Shown here: positions 22,332-31,562 of the stretch, piece after piece
Numbering within the stretch: the stretch's first letter is position 1
Layout: each line of letters starts with the position of its first letter
Origin: a virus
Strand: one strand, 5' to 3'
Length of the DNA stretch: 64,000 nt
IMG/VR virus record: IMGVR_UViG_3300027747_000004
Span: 1 to 64,000 of that record
Notes under the pieces: generated by a model
Told to the model about the DNA's origin: nothing
Database searches by the model: none
The model's input: only the letters and a program-made list of their open reading frames with translations
Translations under genes and position numbers: made by a program

Positions 22332-23706
22332 TCTTTTTTCTCCGCTTCTTCATTGAGTCCAGCAGGATGTCCTGCACCCTGCGCTTGGTCGTGAGGCGCT
22401 CCAGCACCAGCTCGTCCACGGTGTCGCGGGCGATGATCCGGTGTATAAACACCGGTCGGTCGTGGCCGGCCTGCATCTGCCGGGTGGGCCCGATCCGCTC
22501 GATGATCTGCAGGTGCTCCTCGAGGTTCCAGTTGGGCGAGAAGAACACCAATATGTTGCCGCCGTCCTGCAGGTTCAGGCCGTGGCCGGCGCTTGCCGGG
22601 TGAGCGAACAGCACCGGTATCTTGCCCTCGTTCCAGTCCCGGATGGTGCCCGGGTTCTTGTCCAAATGCCTGCCCTGCGGGAAGGCCTTCAGCAGGCGCT
22701 CTAAGTCGCTCTTGAAGTTGTAGGCCACCAGGACCGGCATGCCCGCGGCTTCCTCGATAATGGACTCCAACGCCTCCAGCTTGACCTTGTGCGTCTCCGT
22801 CCAGCGGGTGCGGGTGTCGTCGGTGTAGGCCGCGCCCGCGGCGAGCTGCAGGCACTTGATGGTCTTGGCCGCCGCGTTGAATGCCTCCACCTCGATGCCC
22901 TCCAGCTCGGTGTACATCTCGTCCTCCATGTCGCGATAGTGCTTGCGCGCCTTGGGCGGCAGGTCCACCATGATGTCGTTGACGATGGGCTCGCGCAGGT
23001 CGAACCAGTCCTTGGCCTCGATGGTCAGGCAGACGTCGCGCAGCTTGTCCTGGATCTCGGTCTGGGCCGACGGCATGGGCAGCACGCTGAAGCCGTCGTA
23101 ACCCTTGCGGAACCACCGCTGCTCGAAGGCCGTGTAAGTGCGCCCCAGCCGGGTGCCCGCGTCGATGAACCACGTCTGCCCCCATAGGTCCTTCAGCCCG
23201 TTGCTGGCCGGCGTGCCGGTGAGCTCGATCAACCGCTTGATGCGGGTGTGGGCGATGCTGCCCAAGGCCTGGGCGCGCTTGGTGCCTTGGCGCAGGCGGA
23301 AGTTCTTGACCTTGGTGGACTCGTCCAGCACCACGGTCTGGTAGGGCCACTTGTCACCCCAGTAGGTCGTCAGCCAGACGAGCTGCTCGTAGTTGGTGAC
23401 GTACAGGTACGCGGGCGCCCGGACCGCGGCGATGCGCTCTTTCTCGGTGCCCGTGATGACGGACACGTTCATGCCGCGCAGGTGGTTCCACTTCAGCACT
23501 TCGTTGGGCCAGGTATCGTTGGCCACGCGCAGGGGGGCCACGACGAGCACAGGGCCGTCCTCGATCATCTGGAGCGTGTCTAGGGCCGTCAGGGTGGCCA
23601 CAGTCTTGCCGGTGCCCATGCCGGCCCATATCGCGCACCGGGGGGTGTCTAGGATGTGGTCGATGATCATGCCCTGGTAGGGGCGGGGTGTGAACTCAGA
23701 CCTCAT
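22324..23706 (-). CDS. SNF2-family helicase
   Basis: GMGTGKT, VVLDES, LTGTP, SAGHGLNLQ, ERIG motifs. Confidence 0.92.
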   Translation of the reverse strand: MRSEFTPRPYQGMIIDHILDTPRCAIWAGMGTGKTVATLTALDTLQMIEDGPVLVVAPLRVANDTWPNEVLKWNHLRGMNVSVITGTEKERIAAVRAPAYLYVTNYEQLVWLTTYWGDKWPYQTVVLDESTKVKNFRLRQGTKRAQALGSIAHTRIKRLIELTGTPASNGLKDLWGQTWFIDAGTRLGRTYTAFEQRWFRKGYDGFSVLPMPSAQTEIQDKLRDVCLTIEAKDWFDLREPIVNDIMVDLPPKARKHYRDMEDEMYTELEGIEVEAFNAAAKTIKCLQLAAGAAYTDDTRTRWTETHKVKLEALESIIEEAAGMPVLVAYNFKSDLERLLKAFPQGRHLDKNPGTIRDWNEGKIPVLFAHPASAGHGLNLQDGGNILVFFSPNWNLEEHLQIIERIGPTRQMQAGHDRPVFIHRIIARDTVDELVLERLTTKRRVQDILLDSMKKRRKKNG

Positions 23707-24389
23707 ACCAACCCCTCGTGCGTGCAGTCGGTGTCGGCGGCCATGATCCGCAGGATAGGGCCAGCATCATAGGTTGTCTTGTTCGACTTCGGGTAGGCGG
23801 TTTGTACCGGGTACGCCAGTTGCTTGAGCATGCGTTTCTTCTCGTAGTTGTTGGTGCCGTTTATGTAAAAGTACCGGTGCTTTTCCATGGGCGGTGCGGT
23901 TTTGATGTTGTTCTCTTTGGCCCACTGCTTTGGGTTTGTGATGCCTTGATCACGCAGGGTCATTGGGTGGATGCGTTTTCCGTCAACGATGTACGCATGA
24001 TCGTGCGACTTCGTGCTACCGGTGTACAGCCAGTTGGTGGCCTGATAAATTATTCCTGAATGGCCCCATTCGGTATCCGCGTAAGACACCACCGCATTGG
24101 GTTTTGGCAGCATGGCCAAGGATCTACCGACCAGAAAACTGGCGGCGTTCTTGGCGTCCGTCTGCACCACCAGCCGGGCCAACTCGTAGAGCTTGAACTC
24201 CCGGTTGGTGAAGGCGTATTTTTGTATCGGTGGTGATGGCTGGCCGTACACCACCACACCCTCTATCAGGTCGTCAATAACCAGCGCAAAGGCCGCCCAG
24301 AATATGGATGCGCGTTTACTGTAGTGCTTGGCCGTGACAAACGCTTCGGCCTGTTTCTTTGTGATGGGTTGCACGAACCAGTCCCTCAT
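23703..24389 (-). CDS. Mom-like (GNAT-fold) DNA base-modification protein
   Basis: 'KHYS', 'ELARL', 'VVSYAD..GH.G.IYQATNWLYTG' Mom-family signature. Confidence 0.8.
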   Translation of the reverse strand: MRDWFVQPITKKQAEAFVTAKHYSKRASIFWAAFALVIDDLIEGVVVYGQPSPPIQKYAFTNREFKLYELARLVVQTDAKNAASFLVGRSLAMLPKPNAVVSYADTEWGHSGIIYQATNWLYTGSTKSHDHAYIVDGKRIHPMTLRDQGITNPKQWAKENNIKTAPPMEKHRYFYINGTNNYEKKRMLKQLAYPVQTAYPKSNKTTYDAGPILRIMAADTDCTHEGLV

Positions 24390-24679
24390 GGCAGCAGCGC
24401 GTCAACGCCCTCATAGCTGTCCAGCACTACCACGCGCTGGCCCATGGCCCGCATGCGCTCGTGCTCGCGGTGCTGCTGCCGCTCGTGCGGCGTGTGGGGG
24501 AACAGCGCGGCCAAGCCGGGCGCCTTGAGCTCCACCCAGACGGCGTGGTTGTGGATGCCCTTGATCATTACCAGACGGTCCGGCGCGCCGTTGCGGCCGA
24601 CCCACTTGACCTTGCGCACCTCGCCACCCTTGTCGCGTGCCCGTTTGACCAAATAATCCTCGATGTCTGACTCTTTCAT
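24386..24679 (-). CDS. VRR-NUC domain nuclease
   Basis: 'ESDIE...GAPDRLV...WVELKAP...Q'. Confidence 0.85.
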   Translation of the reverse strand: MKESDIEDYLVKRARDKGGEVRKVKWVGRNGAPDRLVMIKGIHNHAVWVELKAPGLAALFPHTPHERQQHREHERMRAMGQRVVVLDSYEGVDALLP

Positions 24680-24680
24680 A

Positions 24681-26744
24681 TTAACCTTTCCGGTATCGGT
24701 ATGTTTCAAAGCCCGCTGCTGCCAGCGGGATGTCGGGTGCCCAGCCCGGGTTGGCCGCCAGCAGGCCGGCCATGTGCTCGGCGTTGTACCGCGGCTCGTC
24801 GGGCGCCTCCGCGATGATCTCGTCGTGGACCGTGAGCACGATCCGGTAGCCGGCCGCCTCGATCAGGGGCATGTTGGCCGCCATGATGTCGCGGGCCACG
24901 GCCTGGCACAGGTTCTCGAACAGCTTGCCGCCGTGCGTGTGTATGCGCGTCCACTTGCGGGTGTACTGGTCGATGCCCATGTACGTGATGCGGTCGCCGT
25001 CCTCGATCTTGGGCGACGGGTAGCACAGCGCGCGCCCGGACGGCAGGCCCAGCAGCAACCAGTTCTTGCTGGCGCGCACGCGCAGGCCCAGCTCGTTGAA
25101 GGTGTTTCCGCGGTTTACCAGCGCCTTGATCACCAGATCCTTGAGCGCCGCCCAGTACCCGGAGATGTTGGGGTGCGCGTCGCGCCACATGCGCTTCAGG
25201 ACATCGCAGGCCACGAAGGCGTCCTCGGACAGCCCGTACCGTGGGCGCTTGTCCTTCTTGGTCCACTCCAAGAACTTGTCGGCCTTGGCCACCACGCCCT
25301 CAGGGGCGTCCAGCAAGACCTTCTCGGCCAGGTCATCTAGGTCGATGCCGTAGGCCCCGGCAAAGGTCGCAAACGCGCCCACGCCGCCCTCATAGCCCAG
25401 CGCCAGCTCCTGCACCTTGCCCACCTGCCGCTGGTCTCCGGTGACCTTGTCTGGTGCCACGCCGAAGGACTTGCTGTAGGCCAGCTTGTACAGGTCAGGA
25501 CCCTGACCGGCGTCGAAGTCGCGGAAGGCCTTGAGCTTCCATTCCTCGTTGGCCAGCCACGATTGGACGCGGCCCTCGATGTTGGACAGGTCGGCCACTA
25601 CCAGCTTGCTGCCGGGAGCGGCCACGATGCAGCTACGGATCGCCGAGCTCACCAGCTCCATGACGTTGTCGGTGGTCAGGTGTGCGCACCCGGCACGCAG
25701 CGCCTCGATCCCCGCGTCGATGGCCTTCTGTTTGAGCGTCGGCCTGGGAAGGTTCTGGGGCTGGAACAAGCGTCCGGCCCACCGCCCGGTGCGCAGCGCA
25801 CCACAGAACTGCAGCAGCCCGCGCAGGCGACCGTCTAAGCTAGTTCCGCGCAACAGGACCCTGTACTTGGCCGTGCTGGTGCTGGAGGCCTGCAGGCGGA
25901 TCAGCAGCAGCTCGCGCAGCGCCGGGTTCAGGTCCGGCAGGGCCAGCGTCTTCTCCAGCGTCGCCATCTGCAGGTCGGGCAGGTCCACGCCGAAGGCCTC
26001 CATCACGTGCAGGCGGAATACCTCGTTCAGGGTGGTGCTGGCCACGCTGTTGTCGGTCAGCGCCTGCGTGCGCCCGGCCAGGTCGTGCTTGGCCCGGTCA
26101 ATAGCCGTGATGGCCGAGTCCACCAGCGCGAGGTCGATGGCCACGCCACGGTCGTTGATGCGCTGGTCAAGCTGCCACAGCGCGCGCTCGGCGGGCGTGA
26201 AGTTGACAATGGGCATGCGCTTTTTGACCTCGCGCATGGCCTCAATGTCGCTAACGGCGTAGGCCTTGAAGCGCTCCCACTCCTCGGGGTGCGTCTCGCG
26301 GGTGGCGCGGTCCAGCTTGCGGTTCTTGCCTAGGGGCTTGGTGAAGAGCTGGATCAGCCGCTTGCCGTCCTTGTCCTTGGCCTTGTCGGTGGGCAGGCCG
26401 AGCACCTCGCAGAGCATGCCAAGGCTGCCCGGCAGGCTGTGCGCCATCGCCTGGACCATGGTGTCGTGGATGCGCTCGGTGGGGATGTTGATGCCCCACG
26501 CGTGCCGGACCACCGTGCGGTCGAAGTGGCTGTTGTGGATTACCACCTCAACGTCGGGATCAGAAATAGCCTGCATCAGGCCGTCGGGGCGAGTATTGGG
26601 CGCGGTAAGGTCTAACACCTGCACCGGCCCGTCATCCCATGCCCATGCCGCGAGCAGGATCTCTGCATTTGCGGCATAGGCATGGGTGCCGTGCGTAATG
26701 GGCGTCGTGGAGAATGTCTCCAGGTCAAAATAAAGCGTTCGCAT
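24681..26744 (-). CDS. DNA polymerase, family A (APSE-like)
   Basis: exonuclease 'FDLET', 'TGRWAG', 'ADLSNIEGR', 'GKVQELALGY', 'VHDEI'. Confidence 0.95.
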   Translation of the reverse strand: MRTLYFDLETFSTTPITHGTHAYAANAEILLAAWAWDDGPVQVLDLTAPNTRPDGLMQAISDPDVEVVIHNSHFDRTVVRHAWGINIPTERIHDTMVQAMAHSLPGSLGMLCEVLGLPTDKAKDKDGKRLIQLFTKPLGKNRKLDRATRETHPEEWERFKAYAVSDIEAMREVKKRMPIVNFTPAERALWQLDQRINDRGVAIDLALVDSAITAIDRAKHDLAGRTQALTDNSVASTTLNEVFRLHVMEAFGVDLPDLQMATLEKTLALPDLNPALRELLLIRLQASSTSTAKYRVLLRGTSLDGRLRGLLQFCGALRTGRWAGRLFQPQNLPRPTLKQKAIDAGIEALRAGCAHLTTDNVMELVSSAIRSCIVAAPGSKLVVADLSNIEGRVQSWLANEEWKLKAFRDFDAGQGPDLYKLAYSKSFGVAPDKVTGDQRQVGKVQELALGYEGGVGAFATFAGAYGIDLDDLAEKVLLDAPEGVVAKADKFLEWTKKDKRPRYGLSEDAFVACDVLKRMWRDAHPNISGYWAALKDLVIKALVNRGNTFNELGLRVRASKNWLLLGLPSGRALCYPSPKIEDGDRITYMGIDQYTRKWTRIHTHGGKLFENLCQAVARDIMAANMPLIEAAGYRIVLTVHDEIIAEAPDEPRYNAEHMAGLLAANPGWAPDIPLAAAGFETYRYRKG

Positions 26745-26768
26745 GTGCGTGTGTGTTGCGCCGCCAGT

Positions 26769-26960
26769 TTACATCACGTATTCGTCTTCGGTGTCGGCCA
26801 GCCAGTGAACCGCCTCGCTGATCTGGAACAGGCCGAAGCCCACCATCTCGCCTTGGATAAGGCGGCCGATCAGTTCCGGGTTCTTCTTTGCATAGCCCTC
26901 GCCAAAGATGGCGTCCACGGCCTCAACGGCCATATTTAAGTGTTCTTTCATCGCGCTCAT
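26769..26960 (-). CDS. hypothetical protein
   Basis: leader AACGAAAGACATACAC-ATG nearly identical to that of the neighbouring gene. Confidence 0.6.
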   Translation of the reverse strand: MSAMKEHLNMAVEAVDAIFGEGYAKKNPELIGRLIQGEMVGFGLFQISEAVHWLADTEDEYVM

Positions 26961-26974
26961 GTGTATGTCTTTCG

Positions 26975-27226
26975 TTATATCAGGGTGATGAACAGGGGCG
27001 TCAGGTCCCCCATCCACGCGCCGATGGTGTTGAATTCAAAAAACTCTTCTGCCTCTTCGAGGTCCATGTCCTCGGCCATGATGGTGATCACCCGGTCCTT
27101 GTCGTACGCAACCACGGGCTGCATGCCGAACCGGTAGGCAACGCCCAAAATGGCGTCGTCGTAGGTTGCGGGCTCCATGAACATGGCGTCTTCCACCAGC
27201 TCGAGTATCTGTTCGCGTTTGTGCAT
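26975..27226 (-). CDS. hypothetical acidic phage protein
   Basis: 'YDDAILG...VAYD...EAEEFFEFNTIGAWMG..TP' motif. Confidence 0.7.
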   Translation of the reverse strand: MHKREQILELVEDAMFMEPATYDDAILGVAYRFGMQPVVAYDKDRVITIMAEDMDLEEAEEFFEFNTIGAWMGDLTPLFITLI

Positions 27227-27247
27227 GTATGTCTTTCGTTTGTAGGT

Positions 27248-27334
27248 GGGGGTACTCGCTGCGTCTGCTTCAGGTTAACCGAGCAATCTTTGCAAGGACT
27301 GGGCGTACTGGCTCACAGCATCCGCTTTCCCCCC
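27248..27334 (-). ncRNA. candidate structured RNA downstream of the SSB gene
   Basis: GGGG/CCCC closing stem with GAAA/AGUA internal loop; GCG-GA-UGCU pairs with AGCA-GA-CGC (tandem G.A); inner GCAA-loop hairpin. Confidence 0.45.
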
Positions 27335-27339
27335 GAATA

Positions 27340-27876
27340 TCAGACCAGGTCTTCGGCCGTCAGGTCGTCGAAGTCGTCCACGCTGGCAGCGCCGCCGCCG
27401 GTGAAGCTCTCGCCGTCCTGGTAGAACTGCACGCCCATCAGCGTCGCGTTGACACGCTTGCCGTAGTTGTTGTCCTGCGCCCACAGCTCGATGCTGGCGT
27501 TGACGTAGCACCCGGCGTAGGGCTTGCCGTCCTGCTCGGTGAGCGGGCTCTTGTTCACGTCGATCACCAGGGGGCGCATGGGGTTGCGCGCGCTAATGTA
27601 CAGCATTCCCTCAAAGCCGTCGTAGTTCGACTTCAGGTCGCCGCTGTGCAGGCAGACCTTGTCGGCGGCGCGCATGGCCTTGAGGTTGGCCTCGGCCTTG
27701 GCGCCCCACTTCTCCTTGGCCACCGCGTCGATGGCGGCGTTGATGGCCGCGACCTGGGGGTCCTTAGGGTCGATCAGGAAAGCCGCGGAGAAGGCAGGCT
27801 TGCCCTCACCGTTGACGGTGGTTGCCTCGAACAGTTGGGGGAACGAGAGGCGGACTTTGTTGAGCTTGATTTTCAT
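27340..27876 (-). CDS. ssDNA-binding protein (DUF2815 / Enc34-like)
   Basis: 'VRLSFP', 'YAGCYVNA', 'GVQF..DGE', acidic tail. Confidence 0.88.
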   Translation of the reverse strand: MKIKLNKVRLSFPQLFEATTVNGEGKPAFSAAFLIDPKDPQVAAINAAIDAVAKEKWGAKAEANLKAMRAADKVCLHSGDLKSNYDGFEGMLYISARNPMRPLVIDVNKSPLTEQDGKPYAGCYVNASIELWAQDNNYGKRVNATLMGVQFYQDGESFTGGGAASVDDFDDLTAEDLV

Positions 27877-27891
27877 AGGGTACTCCGAAGT

Positions 27892-29043
27892 TTAAGGGTT
27901 TGTCACGTCGTCAAAATCAGACGCCGCTGCCGATGTGACCAGCGCAGGACGTTTGTCGGACTCGGGCGCCACGGATGGCTGGCCCTCGCTTTGGGTGATG
28001 AGCGTCTGGATCTTGGTCCACTGACGCGGGCCAATCTCGTCGGCCTTGGCCAGCTTCTCAATGCTCGTCGGGCTGGCCAGCTTGTAGTCGTACATCTGGT
28101 CGTGCTTGATCCGCATGGACTTGAGCGTCGCCTCGGCCTCCTCGGGGTTGGCCCACATGCGGTTGCCCTTCTTGCCCTGCACCAGCTTGTAGCCCGGCAC
28201 CGGTTCACCGGCCAGCAGACGCCGCTCGACCTCCGCGCGCACTGCCTTGATCCACCCCTCGATGAGGTTGGCGTTGGCCATGACACGCGCCAAATCGTCC
28301 TCGTGCGCCGTTTCCGGCACCACGGTGTCGAAGTCGTCCATGACGCTAGTACGCAGCGCCGGGCAGATCGCCTTGGCGCGGCACCACTGGCAGCCCTTCT
28401 CGGACGGCACGTAGACGTCGATTTGCTGGCGGGTGAGTTCAGCGGAGAACGCCACATCGGCCATAAACATCCTCAGGTCGTCAATGCTGAAGCTGAATTC
28501 GGGCTTGGCCAAGAGCCGGGGCTGGCTGATGACGACGCGCACGCGCTTGAAGTCGTAGGCGACCTTCAGGTCATCCCACGCGGCTGCGGCGTAGATCATG
28601 AGCTGGGGGTTGCCCTCAGCCTCGACCTCGCGGAAGCCGAACTTTGCGTCGACGATGATTAGCTCGTCGGGCGTCGTGATCACAGCGTCTGCCGTGCCGT
28701 GCGCACCCTCCTCACCGGTCAGCCAGCCGATGGGCAGGCGTTCCTCGACGTACAGCGCGCCGCCAGTGGCATCAAGTATCTCTACCACGTGGTCCACGTA
28801 GAACTGGATGTCCTTGGCCTGTTTCTCGTTCAGGACCAGCCCTGTCTCTTTTTCCTGCAGGCCCACGAAGCTCCATGCGTCCAGGTTTGATTTCAGGCAC
28901 TCGGCCGCGAAGGCGTGCATCATCGTGCCCTCGCTGGCGTTGTCAGAGCTGGTGTCTGGGATGCCCTCGCTCAGGGTGACGCTGCCGGGGCAGGTCATCC
29001 ACCGGGCGGCCGAGCTGGGGGATAGCTTGGCGTGGCCGCTCAT
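27892..29043 (-). CDS. DUF2800 Cas4-like PD-(D/E)XK exonuclease
   Basis: 'HAKLSPSSAARWMTCPGS', 'GTAD', 'DAKFG', 'QLMIYA', 'CQWCRAKAIC'. Confidence 0.88.
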   Translation of the reverse strand: MSGHAKLSPSSAARWMTCPGSVTLSEGIPDTSSDNASEGTMMHAFAAECLKSNLDAWSFVGLQEKETGLVLNEKQAKDIQFYVDHVVEILDATGGALYVEERLPIGWLTGEEGAHGTADAVITTPDELIIVDAKFGFREVEAEGNPQLMIYAAAAWDDLKVAYDFKRVRVVISQPRLLAKPEFSFSIDDLRMFMADVAFSAELTRQQIDVYVPSEKGCQWCRAKAICPALRTSVMDDFDTVVPETAHEDDLARVMANANLIEGWIKAVRAEVERRLLAGEPVPGYKLVQGKKGNRMWANPEEAEATLKSMRIKHDQMYDYKLASPTSIEKLAKADEIGPRQWTKIQTLITQSEGQPSVAPESDKRPALVTSAAASDFDDVTNP

Positions 29044-29231
29044 TCCTTGGGCTCCACGTCGGTTACCGCGCTCGCCGAATTGGTCGTGTGCATGTTCTCC
29101 AAGTACGCGACCAGATGCAGGCCCAGCGCTCGAGCCGCGCTGGGTCCTCCCCCCTCGGTCACGTCCCACTTGATGTTGACCATGTTGGGGTCGTCCGGGT
29201 GGTCTACGATTGTCAGGACTACGGTGTTCAT
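29040..29231 (-). CDS. hypothetical protein
   Basis: 4-nt overlaps with both neighbours. Confidence 0.55.
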   Translation of the reverse strand: MNTVVLTIVDHPDDPNMVNIKWDVTEGGGPSAARALGLHLVAYLENMHTTNSASAVTDVEPKE

Positions 29232-29614
29232 GTTGTCAACTCCTTCAGGAAGGCCGCGTATTCCGCAGGCTTGAGCTGGGGGCCCTTGGTCGCGCCGAAC
29301 TTGGCCAGCGCTTCAATGGTCTTGGCGCGGTCCACCTTGAACGTGTCCGTGATGGCCTTGGCCACCTGGGCGTAGTCAATCGTGTTAGACGACCCAGCGG
29401 GAGTAGTGGTGGTAGAGACCGTGGGAATGATCTCCGGTGTAGTCGTGGGCTTTGGGGGCGCCACCTCGGCCTTGGCCGGTGCGGGGATGTCTGCGGGAAG
29501 GAATTCACCTGCCCAAGGCTTGACGCCTTTAAGGGTGGGAAAGGGGTGCGCCAGGGCGGCGGTGAGGGCGTTGACCGCGTTGGTCAGCCCCTGGATTTTG
29601 TCTTCAAGACTCAT
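29228..29614 (-). CDS. hypothetical protein, first gene of the replication operon
   Basis: GGAGA RBS; Pro/Thr linker plus short helical C-domain. Confidence 0.65.
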   Translation of the reverse strand: MSLEDKIQGLTNAVNALTAALAHPFPTLKGVKPWAGEFLPADIPAPAKAEVAPPKPTTTPEIIPTVSTTTTPAGSSNTIDYAQVAKAITDTFKVDRAKTIEALAKFGATKGPQLKPAEYAAFLKELTT

Positions 29615-29639
29615 GTGTGTATCTCCGGGTTAAGCAACA

Positions 29640-29780
29640 ACAAAATCATTGTTGCGGACGGATCATACACGGCTTTTTGGACCTTCGCTGTAACTTTATA
29701 AAAAATTTTTGTTGTGGAATACAAAAAGCTGTTGTATGATCGGCCCCGGCAGCGATCTTGCTGCCGTAAACCAAAGGTAT
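29640..29780. promoter_or_regulatory. divergent promoter region with ATACAA-N7-TTGTAT inverted repeat overlapping a TATGAT -10
   Basis: AT-rich gap between divergent operons; similar inverted repeats at 34385 and 37167. Confidence 0.55.
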
Positions 29781-29784
29781 ACAC

Positions 29785-30072
29785 ATGAACTGGAACCCCT
29801 TCAAACGCATTGCCGAGCTGGAAAAAATGCACGCCCAAAACATTGCCGTTTTAAGCGCGCTCACCGACAAGGTCAACGACCTGAGCAACAAGCTCAAACA
29901 GCAGAACCATGTAATTTATCGTGATGATCAAACGCGGCCCGACACGCCCGTCAGCCTCACCGCAACCGACGTAGAGAAGGAAGCCAAGCGCCGCCTGCAG
30001 CGCGCGGCTTACGCTCGCAAATATTACGCCAAGAAACGCGCTGCCAAGGCCGCTGAGGGGGGTGCAAAATGA
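29785..30072 (+). CDS. hypothetical protein
   Basis: AAAGG RBS; first rightward early gene. Confidence 0.65.
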   Translation: MNWNPFKRIAELEKMHAQNIAVLSALTDKVNDLSNKLKQQNHVIYRDDQTRPDTPVSLTATDVEKEAKRRLQRAAYARKYYAKKRAAKAAEGGAK

Positions 30073-30254
30073 TCAAGTTCCTGAAAGAAAAACTGCGCCA
30101 GCCTACCCCTGTCGAGAAAGCCCTACGCGAGCTGCAGGAGGCTCGTTTATACCGTCTTGAAGCTCAGTCTGCTGTGGACTACGCCAAGAGCGTGGTCGAC
30201 TACAACAATGCGCGCATCATTCGTTTGGAGACGTTCTTGGAGGCACAGAAATGA
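30069..30254 (+). CDS. hypothetical protein
   Basis: ATGA coupling with neighbours. Confidence 0.65.
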   Translation: MIKFLKEKLRQPTPVEKALRELQEARLYRLEAQSAVDYAKSVVDYNNARIIRLETFLEAQK

Positions 30255-30472
30255 AAGTTAAAGAACTGATTGAGAAGCTGCAAGCATTTGACCCCGAGCT
30301 GATGGTAGTTCGCCCGGGTTACGAAGGCGGCATGACTGAGGTGCAATACGCCACAAAAATGCTGCTTGCGCTTAACGTCCGCGAAAAATGGTATTACGGG
30401 GCACACGATCAAGTTGATAGCACGAATGAGTGGCCCAAACACGAACACGCGCAAGCAGTGGAGTTGTCATGA
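30251..30472 (+). CDS. hypothetical protein
   Basis: 'MKVKELIEKLQAFDPE' phage-type start; GGAGG RBS. Confidence 0.7.
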   Translation: MKVKELIEKLQAFDPELMVVRPGYEGGMTEVQYATKMLLALNVREKWYYGAHDQVDSTNEWPKHEHAQAVELS

Positions 30473-30564
30473 CTTGGCCATTTCCCCAATTCCCAAGGCC
30501 GGTGCCCGCCAAGGCACCGCCGCTTAAACCCAACCCTGACAACTACGAGGAGTCCCCATTTTGA
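30469..30564 (+). CDS. 31-aa Pro-rich peptide (MTWPFPQFP...YEESPF), below the ORF-track cutoff
   Basis: GGAG RBS; 4-nt overlaps on both sides fill the gap exactly. Confidence 0.6.
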   Translation: MTWPFPQFPRPVPAKAPPLKPNPDNYEESPF

Positions 30565-30911
30565 CTAAAGACGAAGCACTACAAATGTGTCTCGAATACA
30601 TTGAGACAGATGCGCACGAACGCAAGTACGTGCGTCACGCAATCAAAGAAGCCCTAGCACAGCCAGCGCAGGAGCCTGTCGGTAAATTCGCAAAATTCAC
30701 CGATGGAGTTTGGCGCGAAGTAACCGATGGGTCTGCTGGAGTCCCACTTTACACCACCCCACCCCAGCGCCCGTGGGTAGGGCTGACGGATGATGACAAA
30801 AAGCAAATTGCAAGAGAAGCAAATTACCACTGGGAAATGACAGCAGGTGAGTACGCAGAACGAATTGGTCAATTAACAGAAGCCAAATTACGGAGTAAGA
30901 ACAATGCTTGA
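30561..30911 (+). CDS. hypothetical protein
   Basis: 'ALAQPAQEPV...PLYTTPPQRPWVGLTD...EAKLR' mosaic phage motifs. Confidence 0.7.
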   Translation: MTKDEALQMCLEYIETDAHERKYVRHAIKEALAQPAQEPVGKFAKFTDGVWREVTDGSAGVPLYTTPPQRPWVGLTDDDKKQIAREANYHWEMTAGEYAERIGQLTEAKLRSKNNA

Positions 30912-31299
30912 TTGTCTAATACTCGGAGACAGTATCGCGGTGGGAATGCACCAATTTAAGCCAGAATGTGCAGCCTACGCCAAAGGTGGCTGGAATAGTT
31001 GGCAATGGACTCGAGACTATCTAAAGAATGACTTAACCGCTAATACTGTCATCATCAGTCTAGGCAGCAATGACCACAAAGGGGTTAAAACTCGTCAAGA
31101 GCTGGAGACCATGCGGGCCAAGGTCAATGGCAGCAGAGTGTTTTGGATCCTGCCCGCCATCAAGCCCAGTATCCAGGATATTGTTAAAGAAATTGCAGCA
31201 GAGCACGGCGATACCGTACTGCCCATCACTAATCTACAACCAGATAATATTCACCCTAGTTGGGCTGGGTACAAAAAAATTAAGGAACAAACACAATGA
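30904..31299 (+). CDS. minimal SGNH/GDSL hydrolase
   Basis: 'ILGDSIA', 'SLGSND', 'DNIHP' catalytic blocks. Confidence 0.75.
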   Translation: MLDCLILGDSIAVGMHQFKPECAAYAKGGWNSWQWTRDYLKNDLTANTVIISLGSNDHKGVKTRQELETMRAKVNGSRVFWILPAIKPSIQDIVKEIAAEHGDTVLPITNLQPDNIHPSWAGYKKIKEQTQ

Positions 31300-31562
31300 C
31301 CTCACGCAGAGAGTCCTGGGCCCAGCAGATTCGCAAGCTGCTGCGCAACGAGCCCGATGGCCTGACACTTGGCGAGATGTGCGTGCACATCAACGCCCCC
31401 TACGCGTCGTTGTACGACGCGGCCTACAAGATGCCCGATGCCTACATCGACCGGTGGACCCTGACGCACAACTACGTCACAAGCGAGGCGATCTGGTGCG
31501 TCGTAGTGCCGCCGCCGCACTGCCCCCGACCCGACCCCCTACCGAAGGAAAGATATGATTAA
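31296..31562 (+). CDS. hypothetical winged-helix-like protein
   Basis: 'IRKLLR..PDGLT...MPDAYIDRW...WCVVVPP..CPRP'. Confidence 0.65.
   Translation: MTSRRESWAQQIRKLLRNEPDGLTLGEMCVHINAPYASLYDAAYKMPDAYIDRWTLTHNYVTSEAIWCVVVPPPHCPRPDPLPKERYD

Noticed and set aside
21992-23350. 452-aa alternative-frame ORF over the helicase, and similar long shadow ORFs (27229-28662, 34747-36048, 38990-39952, 52952-54031)
   Set aside because: They overlap well-supported genes and have no recognisable motifs; high GC3 codon bias explains them.
27248-27334. tRNA gene
   Set aside because: No TTC-containing T-arm, cloverleaf or CCA end.
27892-29043. Cas4-like nuclease as evidence of CRISPR-Cas
   Set aside because: No repeat-spacer array or other cas genes; this is standard DUF2800-DUF2815-PolA phage synteny.
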